The notes beneath the pieces were generated by a model. It saw only the letters and a program-made list of their open reading frames with translations, had not been told where the DNA came from and made no database searches. A program made the translations under genes and the position numbers. Below are positions 39,972 through 49,869 of a DNA stretch of 64,000 nt, one piece after another. The stretch spans positions 41 through 64,040 of the forward strand of contig CAVYHX010000006.1 of assembly GCA_963768415.1 (NCBI GenBank), in the 5' to 3' direction. The first letter of the stretch is position 1, and every line of letters begins with the position of its first letter. Source of the DNA: an uncultured Gammaproteobacteria bacterium. Lineage in GTDB: Bacteria; Pseudomonadota; Gammaproteobacteria; UBA9214.

Positions 39972-41743
39972 ATGCACATCCAGGTCCTGCCAACACAACT
40001 GATTAACCAGATCGCCGCCGGTGAGGTGATCGAGCGGCCGGCATCCGTGGTCAAGGAATTGCTGGAGAACAGTATCGATGCCGGTGCCCGTTCCATCGAG
40101 GTGGATATCGAGCAGGGCGGCAAACGGCGTATCCGGGTGCGCGATGACGGCAGCGGTATACACCGGGACGAGCTGGCCCTGGCACTGTCGCGGCACGCCA
40201 CCAGCAAGATCGCTTCCCTGGATGACCTGGAGCGGATCAACAGTCTGGGATTCCGTGGCGAGGCACTGCCCAGTATTGCCTCGGTGTCGCGCCTGCGGCT
40301 CAGTTCGCAGGCGCAGGCGGCGGAGTCCGGCTGGTCCGTGTGCGGCGACGGTTCCGAACAGGTGCCGGCGGCCGCGCCGGTTGCGCACAGTCGCCGGCAC
40401 CACCGTTGATGTGCAAGGACCTGTTTTTCAATACGCCGGCGCGGCGCAAGTTCATGCGTACCGATACCACCGAATACAAGCATATCGAGAACGTGGTGCG
40501 GCGTATTGCGCTGAGTTGCTTTCCGGTCGCACTCAAACTTCTGCACAACCAGCGTACCGTTTTTCACCTGCCGGAGGCAGCGACGCAGGCACAGCAGGAA
40601 CGGCGGGTGGCGGAACTCTGCGGCACGGCCTTCATGGATCAGGCGGTCTACCTGGAACATGCGGCCGCCGGCCTGGCCTTGCGCGGCTGGGTGGCCCTGC
40701 CGACCTTTTCGCGCAGTCAGGCTGATCTGCAGTTCTTCTATGTCAACAACCGTATGGTGCGCGACAAGCTGGTCACACATGCCATCCGCCAGGCCTATCA
40801 GGATGTGCTGTTCCACGGACGTCACCCGGCCTTTGTACTGTTTCTGGACATGGATCCGGCGGCGGTTGACGTCAACGCGCACCCGACCAAGCATGAAGTG
40901 CGTTTTCGTGACAGCCGTCTGGTGCATGATTTCCTGTTTCGCACCCTGCACGAGGTGCTCGCCGGGGTGCGGCCGGCTGCTGACCAGCCAGCGCCCCAGC
41001 CCGCCCGGCCGGTAGCGGGATTGCAGGTCCAGGCCGGGCCGGGGCGGTCACCGGCGCAGGGCAGAATGGCGCTGGGGGTCAGCGAGCAACTGGCCGGCTA
41101 TGCCGCCCTGCATCCGCAGACGGGTGCCGCAGCACCGGTACCCGTGGACGCCGCCGCGGAATACCCGCTGGGATTTGCCCTGGCGCAACTGCACGGTGTG
41201 TTTATCCTGGCCCAGAACGCGACGGGGCTGGTGCTGGTGGACATGCACGCCGCCCATGAGCGCATCACCTATGAAGGCCTGAAGGCTGCGCAGGAGGACG
41301 AGGGGATCCGGTCACAGCCGCTCCTGGTTCCCGTCAGCCTCGCCGTCAGCCGGCGCGAGGCGGATGCCTGTGAGGAACAGCGGGACTGGTTTACCAGTCT
41401 GGGTTTCGAGATTGACCGCATGGGGCCCGAGCAGGTCGTGGTGCGCCAGGTGCCGGCGCTGCTGGCTGCGGCAGATATCGCATCACTGGTCCGCGATGTG
41501 CTGTCCGACCTGCTTGCATACGGCACCAGCCGGCGGGTGCAGGATTCGATGAATGCACTGCTCTCCACCATGGCCTGTCACGGTTCGGTGCGTGCCAACC
41601 GCCAGTTGACGCTCGCGGAAATGAATGCGTTGCTGCGCGAGATGGAGGTGACCGAACGCAGCGGTCAATGCAATCATGGCCGCCCGACATGGGTGCAGAT
41701 CGACCTTGAGGAGCTGGACAAGCTGTTCCTGCGCGGGCAGTAG
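39972..41743 (+). pseudogene. mutL: DNA mismatch repair endonuclease MutL with two frame breaks (~40389 and ~40417)
   Basis: [37 protein letters not shown]... runs to ...[13 protein letters not shown] lies in the +1 frame. [14 protein letters not shown]... through the C-terminal dimerisation domain lies in the +2 frame (ORF 40340..41743). Confidence 0.9.
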
Positions 41744-41852
41744 TCCGGGTAAAAACAACGCATGCCGCAAAGCGTAGCGAAGTTGCACAGACAGTAGCTA
41801 CAGAGTGAATGGATTGTTATTTGTAGTAACACCCGAATTGATTGAATTGAAC

Positions 41853-41903
41853 TTGTCATTGCGAGCGCGATGCATAATGACGACTCATCAGGGCTTTCCT
41901 GGC
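41853..41903. repeat. short repeat family 2 (cttgtcattgcgagcgc ... ggctttcct), copy 1
   Basis: It shares a 17-nt identical start, plus atgacga and ggctttcct, with the copy at 48226-48287. It lies in the AT-richer mutL-miaA spacer. Confidence 0.5.
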
Positions 41904-41943
41904 CTGGTAGCGTTGTAGCTATTGAATTCAGATCGGTCATCGC

Positions 41944-42885
41944 ATGTCGCATTCCTTACCCCCAGCCGTATTCCTGATGGGCCCGACAGCCACTGGCAAG
42001 ACGGCGGTGGCGGTGGAACTGGTCCGGCGCTTCCCCTGTGACATCATCAGCGTCGATTCGGCACTGGTGTACCGCGGCATGGATATCGGGACTGCCAAAC
42101 CGGATGCGGCCTTGTTGCGCGCCGCGCCACACCGCCTGATCGATATTCGCGATCCCGCCGAGGCGTATTCCGCCGCGGAATTCCGGGAAGATGCCCTGCG
42201 CGAGATGGCCGCGATCACGGGCCGTGCCAGAGTGCCGCTGCTGGTCGGCGGCACCATGCTGTATTTCCGCGCGCTGGAGCAGGGGCTGTCAGAGCTGCCG
42301 GCTGCCGATCCCGGTATCCGCGCACGCCTGGAAGCGGAGGGCCGGATGCACGGTTGGGCGCAGCTGCACCGGCGGCTGGCGCAGATCGACCCGCAGGCGG
42401 CGGCGCGTATCAAGCCGACCGATCCGCAACGTATCCAGCGCGCCCTGGAGGTCTATGAATTGACCGGGCAGCCCATCAGTGTGCTGCATGCGCGGGGGCG
42501 CTCTGGACCGTTGCCTTACCGGCTGTTGAAACTCGTTCTGCTTCCCGGGGACCGGGCGCTGCTGCATGAGCGTATCGAGACGCGCTTCCGGGGCATGCTG
42601 GCAGCCGGGTTCGTTGACGAGGTCAGGGGATTGTATGAACGCGGTGATCTGGCGGCTGAACTTCCTGCCCTGCGGGCGGTCGGTTACCGTCAGGTCTGGA
42701 ATTACCTTGCCGGCAGGCTTGACTACGACGGTATGGTGGAGCAGGCGCTAGTGGTCACACGCCAGTATGCCAAACGCCAGCTGACCTGGCTGCGCAGCGA
42801 GACGGCCACGGAAACCTTCGTTGCCGGGGAAGCCGGCGTGGCTGGCCGGATTGCCGCAAAAATAGCCACCTGGCTGGAAAAATAA
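41944..42885 (+). CDS. miaA: tRNA dimethylallyltransferase
   Basis: 313 aa. It has the P-loop [29 protein letters not shown] and QRIQRALEV. Confidence 0.92.
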   Translation: MSHSLPPAVFLMGPTATGKTAVAVELVRRFPCDIISVDSALVYRGMDIGTAKPDAALLRAAPHRLIDIRDPAEAYSAAEFREDALREMAAITGRARVPLLVGGTMLYFRALEQGLSELPAADPGIRARLEAEGRMHGWAQLHRRLAQIDPQAAARIKPTDPQRIQRALEVYELTGQPISVLHARGRSGPLPYRLLKLVLLPGDRALLHERIETRFRGMLAAGFVDEVRGLYERGDLAAELPALRAVGYRQVWNYLAGRLDYDGMVEQALVVTRQYAKRQLTWLRSETATETFVAGEAGVAGRIAAKIATWLEK

Positions 42886-43003
42886 GTCTGTGCTTATGCT
42901 GAAAATTTAGTATTATCACAGAAGGACTTATGGATCTACCACAGGAAGGTAGTGACTGGGAGACGGCGCCTTGGTCTATGGCACAAGAAAAAGGAGAACC
43001 GAA

Positions 43004-43258
43004 ATGAATAGAGGAACATCTTTGCAAGACCCCTTTCTGAATGCGCTGCGCAAAGAACGAGTCCCGGTTTCAATTTACCTGGTAAACGGCATCAAATTGC
43101 AGGGGCAGATCGAATCTTTCGACCAGTTCGTGGTGTTACTGAAAAATGCGGTCAGCCAGATGGTCTACAAGCACGCGATTTCGACGGTAGTACCGGCGCG
43201 CAATGTCAAGCTGGCCGGTGCGGATGACAATGGAGGCACTGAGCCCGGGAATGCATGA
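43004..43258 (+). CDS. hfq: RNA chaperone Hfq
   Basis: [59 protein letters not shown]. The ATG at 43004 is preceded by aaggag. Confidence 0.95.
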   Translation: MNRGTSLQDPFLNALRKERVPVSIYLVNGIKLQGQIESFDQFVVLLKNAVSQMVYKHAISTVVPARNVKLAGADDNGGTEPGNA

Positions 43259-43287
43259 GATCGAGAAATATCTAACGGGGCTGCTGT

Positions 43288-44607
43288 TTGTTCGAACGCC
43301 CTGAAAGCGGAGAGCGGGCCGTCCTGGTCCATGTGAACTTCCCCGCTGGCCCGGGCCACGAGGATCTTCAGGAATTCACCGAACTTGTTGGATCTGCCGG
43401 GGCAAATCCCGTTGTCACGGTGATTGCCACGCGTACCCGGCCGGAACCACGCCTGTTCATCGGGCGGGGCAAGGCGGAGGAAATCCAGGCTGCGGTTCAG
43501 CAGCACGAAGCCGAGGTGGTTATCTTCAATCATGCGCTCAGTCCGAGCCAGGAACGCAATCTGGAAAAGTTGCTGGAATGCCGCGTGCTGACGCGCACGG
43601 GGCTGATACTTGATATCTTCGCCCAGCGGGCACGGTCCTTTGAAGGTAAATTGCAGGTTGAACTGGCGCAGTTGCGCCACCTGTCAACACGCCTGATTCG
43701 TGGCTGGACACACCTGGAACGTCAGAAGGGTGGTATCGGTTTGCGTGGACCCGGCGAGACCCAGCTGGAATCCGATCGCCGCATGCTCAATGCGCGCATC
43801 AAAGTGATCAATCACCGCCTCGAAAAGGTGGATCGTCAGCGCAATCAGGGACGGCGTGCGCGCCAACGCGCAGACGTGCCGACAGTCTCGCTGGTGGGAT
43901 ATACCAATGCCGGCAAGTCGACCCTGTTCAACACACTCTCGGGTGCGGATGCCTACGCAGCGGACCAGTTGTTCGCCACCCTGGATCCGACCATGCGGCG
44001 TATCGAGATACCGGGAGTTGGTCCGGTGGTCCTTGCGGATACCGTCGGCTTCATACGGCATCTTCCGCATGATCTGGTGGCAGCCTTTCGGGCCACGCTG
44101 GAGGAGACGCGCCAGGCAGATCTGCTGTTGCATGTCGTGGATGCCCAGGATCCCGAACGGCATGCACGCATCGAACAGGTCAACGAGGTGTTGCGCGAAA
44201 TCGGCGCAGCCGCTGTGCCGCAGTTGCGTGTCTATAACAAGATAGACATGTCCGATGCCATGCCACACATGGAACACGCGGCCGACGGCCACATCGACAG
44301 GGTCTGGGTATCGGCACTGACCGGTGCCGGCCTGGATCTGCTGGCAACTGCGCTGACGGAGCATTTCCAGGGTACCCAGGTGCATGGCTGGCTGAAGCTG
44401 TCCCCACAGGCGGGCAGTACCCGCTCGGCGCTCTATGGTATCGGTCAGGTCATATCGGAACAGGTCGACGAACAGGGCAGCTGGTGGCTCGAAATCCGTA
44501 TGGCACAACGTAATATCGATAAATTGACCAGAGAAACTAACGGTCTGTGCGAATATTATCCGATTGATTCGGCCGCTGCTGTTGCGGCTGCCGCACAAGC
44601 TTCTTAA
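43288..44607 (+). CDS. hflX: GTPase HflX
   Basis: 439 aa. MFERPESGERAVLVH, LAQLRHLSTRL...GGIGLRGPGETQLE and the G1 motif GYTNAGKSTLFN are present. TTG start. Confidence 0.92.
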   Translation: MFERPESGERAVLVHVNFPAGPGHEDLQEFTELVGSAGANPVVTVIATRTRPEPRLFIGRGKAEEIQAAVQQHEAEVVIFNHALSPSQERNLEKLLECRVLTRTGLILDIFAQRARSFEGKLQVELAQLRHLSTRLIRGWTHLERQKGGIGLRGPGETQLESDRRMLNARIKVINHRLEKVDRQRNQGRRARQRADVPTVSLVGYTNAGKSTLFNTLSGADAYAADQLFATLDPTMRRIEIPGVGPVVLADTVGFIRHLPHDLVAAFRATLEETRQADLLLHVVDAQDPERHARIEQVNEVLREIGAAAVPQLRVYNKIDMSDAMPHMEHAADGHIDRVWVSALTGAGLDLLATALTEHFQGTQVHGWLKLSPQAGSTRSALYGIGQVISEQVDEQGSWWLEIRMAQRNIDKLTRETNGLCEYYPIDSAAAVAAAAQAS

Positions 44608-44679
44608 ACTTACCCCCTCTGTAAATACATGAAACGTTCCCGGCCTGTGCCGTGACATTACCTGAACTGGAGAGTATGT

Positions 44680-45831
44680 ATGGCCTGGAATGAACCGGGT
44701 GGCGGAAAGCGCGATCCCTGGGGTGGCAAGGGCGGCAATGACGGCCCGCCTGACCTGGATGAGCTGGCGCGCAAGCTGCGTGACCGAGTGAACGGGCTGT
44801 TCGGTGGCCGTGGCGGCGGCGGCGGCGGGCGAGGGCGCATGAAGCTGCCGGGCGGTAATTCACTCAGCCTTGGCCTGATTGCCATTATTGCCGTGGCCGC
44901 GTGGCTGCTCTCCGGAATATATATCATCGACCCTGCGGAGCGGGGCGTGGTGCTGCGGCTGGGCGAGTTCAACAGGATCACGAGTCCGGGTCCGCACTGG
45001 TACCTGCGGTTTGTCGAATCGGTCGAAGAGGTCAATGTGGACCGCCTGCGCACCGTGAGTCACCGTGCGCGGATGCTGACCAAGGACGAAAACATCATCC
45101 AGGTCGAACTGGCGGTGCAGTACCAGGTGCGAGACGCCAAAGACTACGTCTTTCAGGTGCGCGATCCGGATTACACCCTGCAGGAGGCGACCGAGAGCGC
45201 CCTGCGCGAAGTGATCGGTGCGATGGCCATGGATGACTTTCTCAGTGGCGGCCGGGGCCTGATTGTGCAGCAAACCAAGGATCTCACCCAGGAAATCCTC
45301 GACAAGTACCGCACCGGTCTGATCCTGACCAGTGTCAATCTGCAGGACCCGCAGCCTCCCGAAGAGGTGCAGGGGGCGTTCGAGGATGCCATCAAGGCGC
45401 AGGAGGACGAGGTACGTTTCAGGAACCAGGCCGAGGCCTATGCGCTGGATATCCTTCCCCGCGCCCGTGGTGATGCCACGCGCAAGCGCGAGGAAGCGGC
45501 GGCCTACCGCGAACAGGTGATCGCGAAGGCGGACGGTGAATCCAGCCGCTTTCTGCAAACGCTGACGGAATACGAGAAGGCGCCGGAGATTACCCGCAAG
45601 CGCCTGTATCTGGAGACCATGGAGTATGTGTTCGCCAACACCAGCAAGGTCGTGATGCAGGTTAAGGAGGGCAATAGCCTCATGTACCTGCCGCTGGACA
45701 AGATCATGCAAGGCGCCAGGCAGTCAAGTCCACTTACTCGCAGTGATGCAGAGTCCGGGCAGGTGCCGTCAACGGCCGTGCAGGAAGTGCCGCGCCGGCG
45801 TGGTGGTGGCAGAGACGGAGGAACCCGCTAA
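44680..45831 (+). CDS. hflK: FtsH protease modulator HflK
   Basis: 383 aa. It starts MAWNEPGG, has a Gly-rich N-terminus, a TM segment and an SPFH/band-7 domain. Confidence 0.9.
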   Translation: MAWNEPGGGKRDPWGGKGGNDGPPDLDELARKLRDRVNGLFGGRGGGGGGRGRMKLPGGNSLSLGLIAIIAVAAWLLSGIYIIDPAERGVVLRLGEFNRITSPGPHWYLRFVESVEEVNVDRLRTVSHRARMLTKDENIIQVELAVQYQVRDAKDYVFQVRDPDYTLQEATESALREVIGAMAMDDFLSGGRGLIVQQTKDLTQEILDKYRTGLILTSVNLQDPQPPEEVQGAFEDAIKAQEDEVRFRNQAEAYALDILPRARGDATRKREEAAAYREQVIAKADGESSRFLQTLTEYEKAPEITRKRLYLETMEYVFANTSKVVMQVKEGNSLMYLPLDKIMQGARQSSPLTRSDAESGQVPSTAVQEVPRRRGGGRDGGTR

Positions 45832-46702
45832 TGGCAAGCAGACTACTTACAATCCTCCTGGCGATTGCCGTGCTGATTGCATCGACCGCTTTTTTCATCG
45901 TCGATGAACGGCAAACGGCGATCAAGCTCCAGCTCGGCAAGATTGTCGATTCAACCTACGAGCCGGGTCTGCATCTCAAGGCGCCCTGGCCGATCCACAA
46001 TGTGAAGAAGTTCGACAAGCGCATCCTGACGCTCGATACCCGTCCGGAGCGGTTTCTAACCGGCGAGAAAAAGAATGTCTCGGTCGATTTCTTCATCAAG
46101 TGGCGCATCCAGGATCCGGAGACCTACTACACCTCATTTGCCGGGGATGAGCGTCAGGCGAGTCTGCGACTGTTGCAGATCATCAAGAACGGGCTGCAGC
46201 TGGAGTTCGACAAGCGCACCATCAGGCAGGTGGTCTCCGGCGAGCGCGCGCAGATGATGGACGATCTTGACCATCGGCGGCAATGATCAGGTCACGCAGT
46301 TCGGTATCGAGATCGTCGATGTACGCATCAAGCAGATCGAACTGCCGGAAGATGTGCAGAATTCGGTGTTCTCGCGCATGCGGGCCGAGCGTGAACGGAT
46401 CGCCCGGGAGCACCGTGCCGAGGGTGAGGAAACAGCCAAGGGTATCCGCGCCGTAGCGGAGAGAGAGCGTACGGTCATCCTGGCCGAGGCCACTGCGCGA
46501 TGCCGAGATCATTCGTGGTGAGGGTGATGCGCGGGCCACCGCAGACCTATGCCGAGGCCTATGGCAAGAACCAGGAGTTTTACGCGTTCTATCGCAGCAT
46601 GAATGCGTATCGCGAATGCACTCGCCAGTTCGCAGCGACGTGCTCGTGCTGGAGCCGGACTCCGAGTTTTTCAAGTACTTCGGAACCGATACAGCCAGGT
46701 AA
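45831..46702 (+). pseudogene. hflC: FtsH protease modulator HflC with four frame breaks
   Basis: The SPFH protein is pieced from ORF 45831..46286, ORF 46267..46521 (FGIEIVDVRIKQIELPEDV...), AEIIRGEGDARATA, YAEAYGKNQEFYAFYRSMNAYR (ORF 46500..) and DVLVLEPDSEFFKYFGTDTAR-stop at 46700-46702. Confidence 0.88.
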
Positions 46703-46761
46703 CGACAACAGGCTGGTGACGCACCTTTCAGGCTTTATCCCGGGCGTATGCCCGGATTTTT

Positions 46762-46965
46762 TTGCGGGTGGCAATTTTGAACTGGGGAGATCTTCTGGCA
46801 GCATTGGCACTGGTGATGGTGATCGAAGGCATGGTCCCCTTTCTCAGCCCGCAAGCAGTGCGCAGGATGCTGGAGACCATGTCGCAGCTGGATGACAGGA
46901 CCCTGCGGGTGACCGGGTTTGTCAGCATGCTGTGCGGTGTGGTGATGTTGTACCTGGTGCGATAG
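46762..46965 (+). CDS. DUF2065 (YjeT-like) small membrane protein
   Basis: 67 aa with two hydrophobic segments. It sits after hflC, the position of yjeT in enterics. Confidence 0.6.
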   Translation: MRVAILNWGDLLAALALVMVIEGMVPFLSPQAVRRMLETMSQLDDRTLRVTGFVSMLCGVVMLYLVR

Positions 46966-46981
46966 TACATAAAGCGAGACG

Positions 46982-48169
46982 ATGAGCAGCAAAGAACAGT
47001 GGTTATTGCCGGAAGGTATTGAGGAGGTCCTGCCACCCGCTGCCTGGCGGCTCGAGTGCGCGCGCCGCGAGTTGCTGGACCTGTTTTCGCGCTGGGGCTA
47101 CGTGTTGATCATGCCGCCCCTGCTCGAATATCTGGAATCGCTGTTGACCGGTGCCGGGACTGACCTCGACCTGCAGACGTTCAAGGTGACAGACCAGGTC
47201 AGCGGCCGTATGCTGGGGCTGCGCGCCGATATGACACCACAGGCCGCGCGTATCGATGCACATCCGTTGAAGCGCGAAGCCCCGTCCCGGTTGTGCTACA
47301 TGGGTTCAGTTCTGCGTACCCGCTCCGACGGGTTCGGCGGCTCACGCAGTCCGCTGCAGGTCGGGGCCGAGCTGTTCGGGCATGCGGGTGTCGAGAGCGA
47401 TGTCGAGATCCTGTCGCTGGTGCTGGCGACGCTCGCGCATATGGAAATAGCTGATGTGCACCTGGATCTTGGTCATGTCGGTATTTTCCGCGGACTGGCG
47501 CGCGAGGCAGGCCTGTCGGTCGTGCAGGAAAATGACCTGTTCGAGGCGCTGCAGCGCAAGGCATCAGCAGAAATCGATGCCATACTGACAGCCGGTCCGG
47601 GAACCGGTGTTCAGCGCGAGCGCCTGGCCATGCTGGCCCGACTGAATGGCGGCAGCGAAGTACTCGATACCGCGCGTGAACGGTTCGCCGGGGCCAGTGC
47701 CGAGGTAATATCGGCACTGGATAACCTGTCTGCGATCGCCACTGTAGTCCGTGAGCGGGCCGGCGCGGCAGCACTGTTTTTCGATCTCGCTGAATTGCGC
47801 GCTTATAAATACCAGACCGGTATGGTGTTCGCCGTCTATGTACCGGGCAGCGGACAGGAGATCGCGCGCGGCGGACGCTATGACGATATTGGCAAGGACT
47901 TTGGACGCGCGCGGCCGGCGACGGGTTTCAGTACCGATCTGAAAACGCTGATGGACCTGAGTCAGCGCAATTTCGGCAGTCAGGACGGCGGCATCTTTGC
48001 ACCCGGGGACGCTGATCCGGCGCTGTTTGCTGCAATACAGCGATTGCGCGCCTCCGGTGAGCGGGTGGTTGTCGCGCTGCCGGGGCAGAAGGCCGGCGCC
48101 GCCGGGATGGATTGTGACCGGGTGCTGGTAAAAGAGAAGGATAACTGGGTTGTCGAGCCCGTTAATTAA
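46982..48169 (+). CDS. hisZ: ATP phosphoribosyltransferase regulatory subunit HisZ
   Basis: 395 aa with a HisRS-like catalytic-core paralogue (WLLPEGIEEVLP, LCYMGSVLR) and no anticodon-binding domain. It lies immediately upstream of purA, as in many proteobacteria. Confidence 0.85.
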   Translation: MSSKEQWLLPEGIEEVLPPAAWRLECARRELLDLFSRWGYVLIMPPLLEYLESLLTGAGTDLDLQTFKVTDQVSGRMLGLRADMTPQAARIDAHPLKREAPSRLCYMGSVLRTRSDGFGGSRSPLQVGAELFGHAGVESDVEILSLVLATLAHMEIADVHLDLGHVGIFRGLAREAGLSVVQENDLFEALQRKASAEIDAILTAGPGTGVQRERLAMLARLNGGSEVLDTARERFAGASAEVISALDNLSAIATVVRERAGAAALFFDLAELRAYKYQTGMVFAVYVPGSGQEIARGGRYDDIGKDFGRARPATGFSTDLKTLMDLSQRNFGSQDGGIFAPGDADPALFAAIQRLRASGERVVVALPGQKAGAAGMDCDRVLVKEKDNWVVEPVN

Positions 48170-48225
48170 CCAATGTTCAGGTAAACCGGAAAGCGCCGGA
48201 GAAGCTTTGATTAATCGAAATGTTC

Positions 48226-48287
48226 TTGTCATTGCGAGCGCAGCATGGCGATGACGAATGAATCATGGATTCCACAGGCTTTCCTCA
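48226..48287. repeat. short repeat family 2, copy 2
   Basis: cttgtcattgcgagcgcagcatggcgatgacgaatgaatcatggattccacaggctttcct. See the copy at 41853-41903. Confidence 0.5.
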
Positions 48288-48333
48288 CTGGTTCCGGTTA
48301 AATATTTTTTTACTATACAAAGAGAGCAACTGA

Positions 48334-49626
<1,293 letters not shown>

Positions 49627-49680
49627 GGCGGGGGTTGTCTGGTCGTGCACGGCGGAGCGGGTCTTTCGGGAGGTTTAAAA

Positions 49681-49767
49681 TGGTGCCGAGGAGAGGACTT
49701 GAACCTCCACTGGGTTACCCCAACTAGCACCTGAAGCTAGCGCGTCTACCAATTTCGCCACCTCGGC
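49681..49767 (-). tRNA. tRNA-Leu (anticodon CAG)
   Basis: The reverse complement is gccgaggtggcgaaattggtagacgcgctagcttcaggtgctagttggggtaacccagtggaggttcaagtcctctcctcggcacca. It folds as a 7-bp acceptor stem, D arm, anticodon loop ttCAGgt, long variable arm, TPsiC arm (ggttcaagtcc) and an encoded CCA. Confidence 0.9.
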
Positions 49768-49807
49768 CGTGCTACAAAACAGTCTGGAGCTGTCTCGAGA
49801 GCCGCGA

Positions 49808-49836
49808 ACTCTACCGCTTGATATATATCTTGTCAA
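49808..49836 (-). promoter_or_regulatory. candidate sigma70 promoter for tRNA-Leu (TTGACA-17 nt-TAGAGT)
   Basis: On the minus strand, ttgaca lies at 49836-49831, followed by a 17-nt spacer and tagagt at 49813-49808. A GC-rich discriminator (tcgcggc) follows, about 40 nt upstream of the mature 5' end. Confidence 0.45.
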
Positions 49837-49869
49837 TTTAACCTGCCTGAAAGCACACTATGGCCTCTA

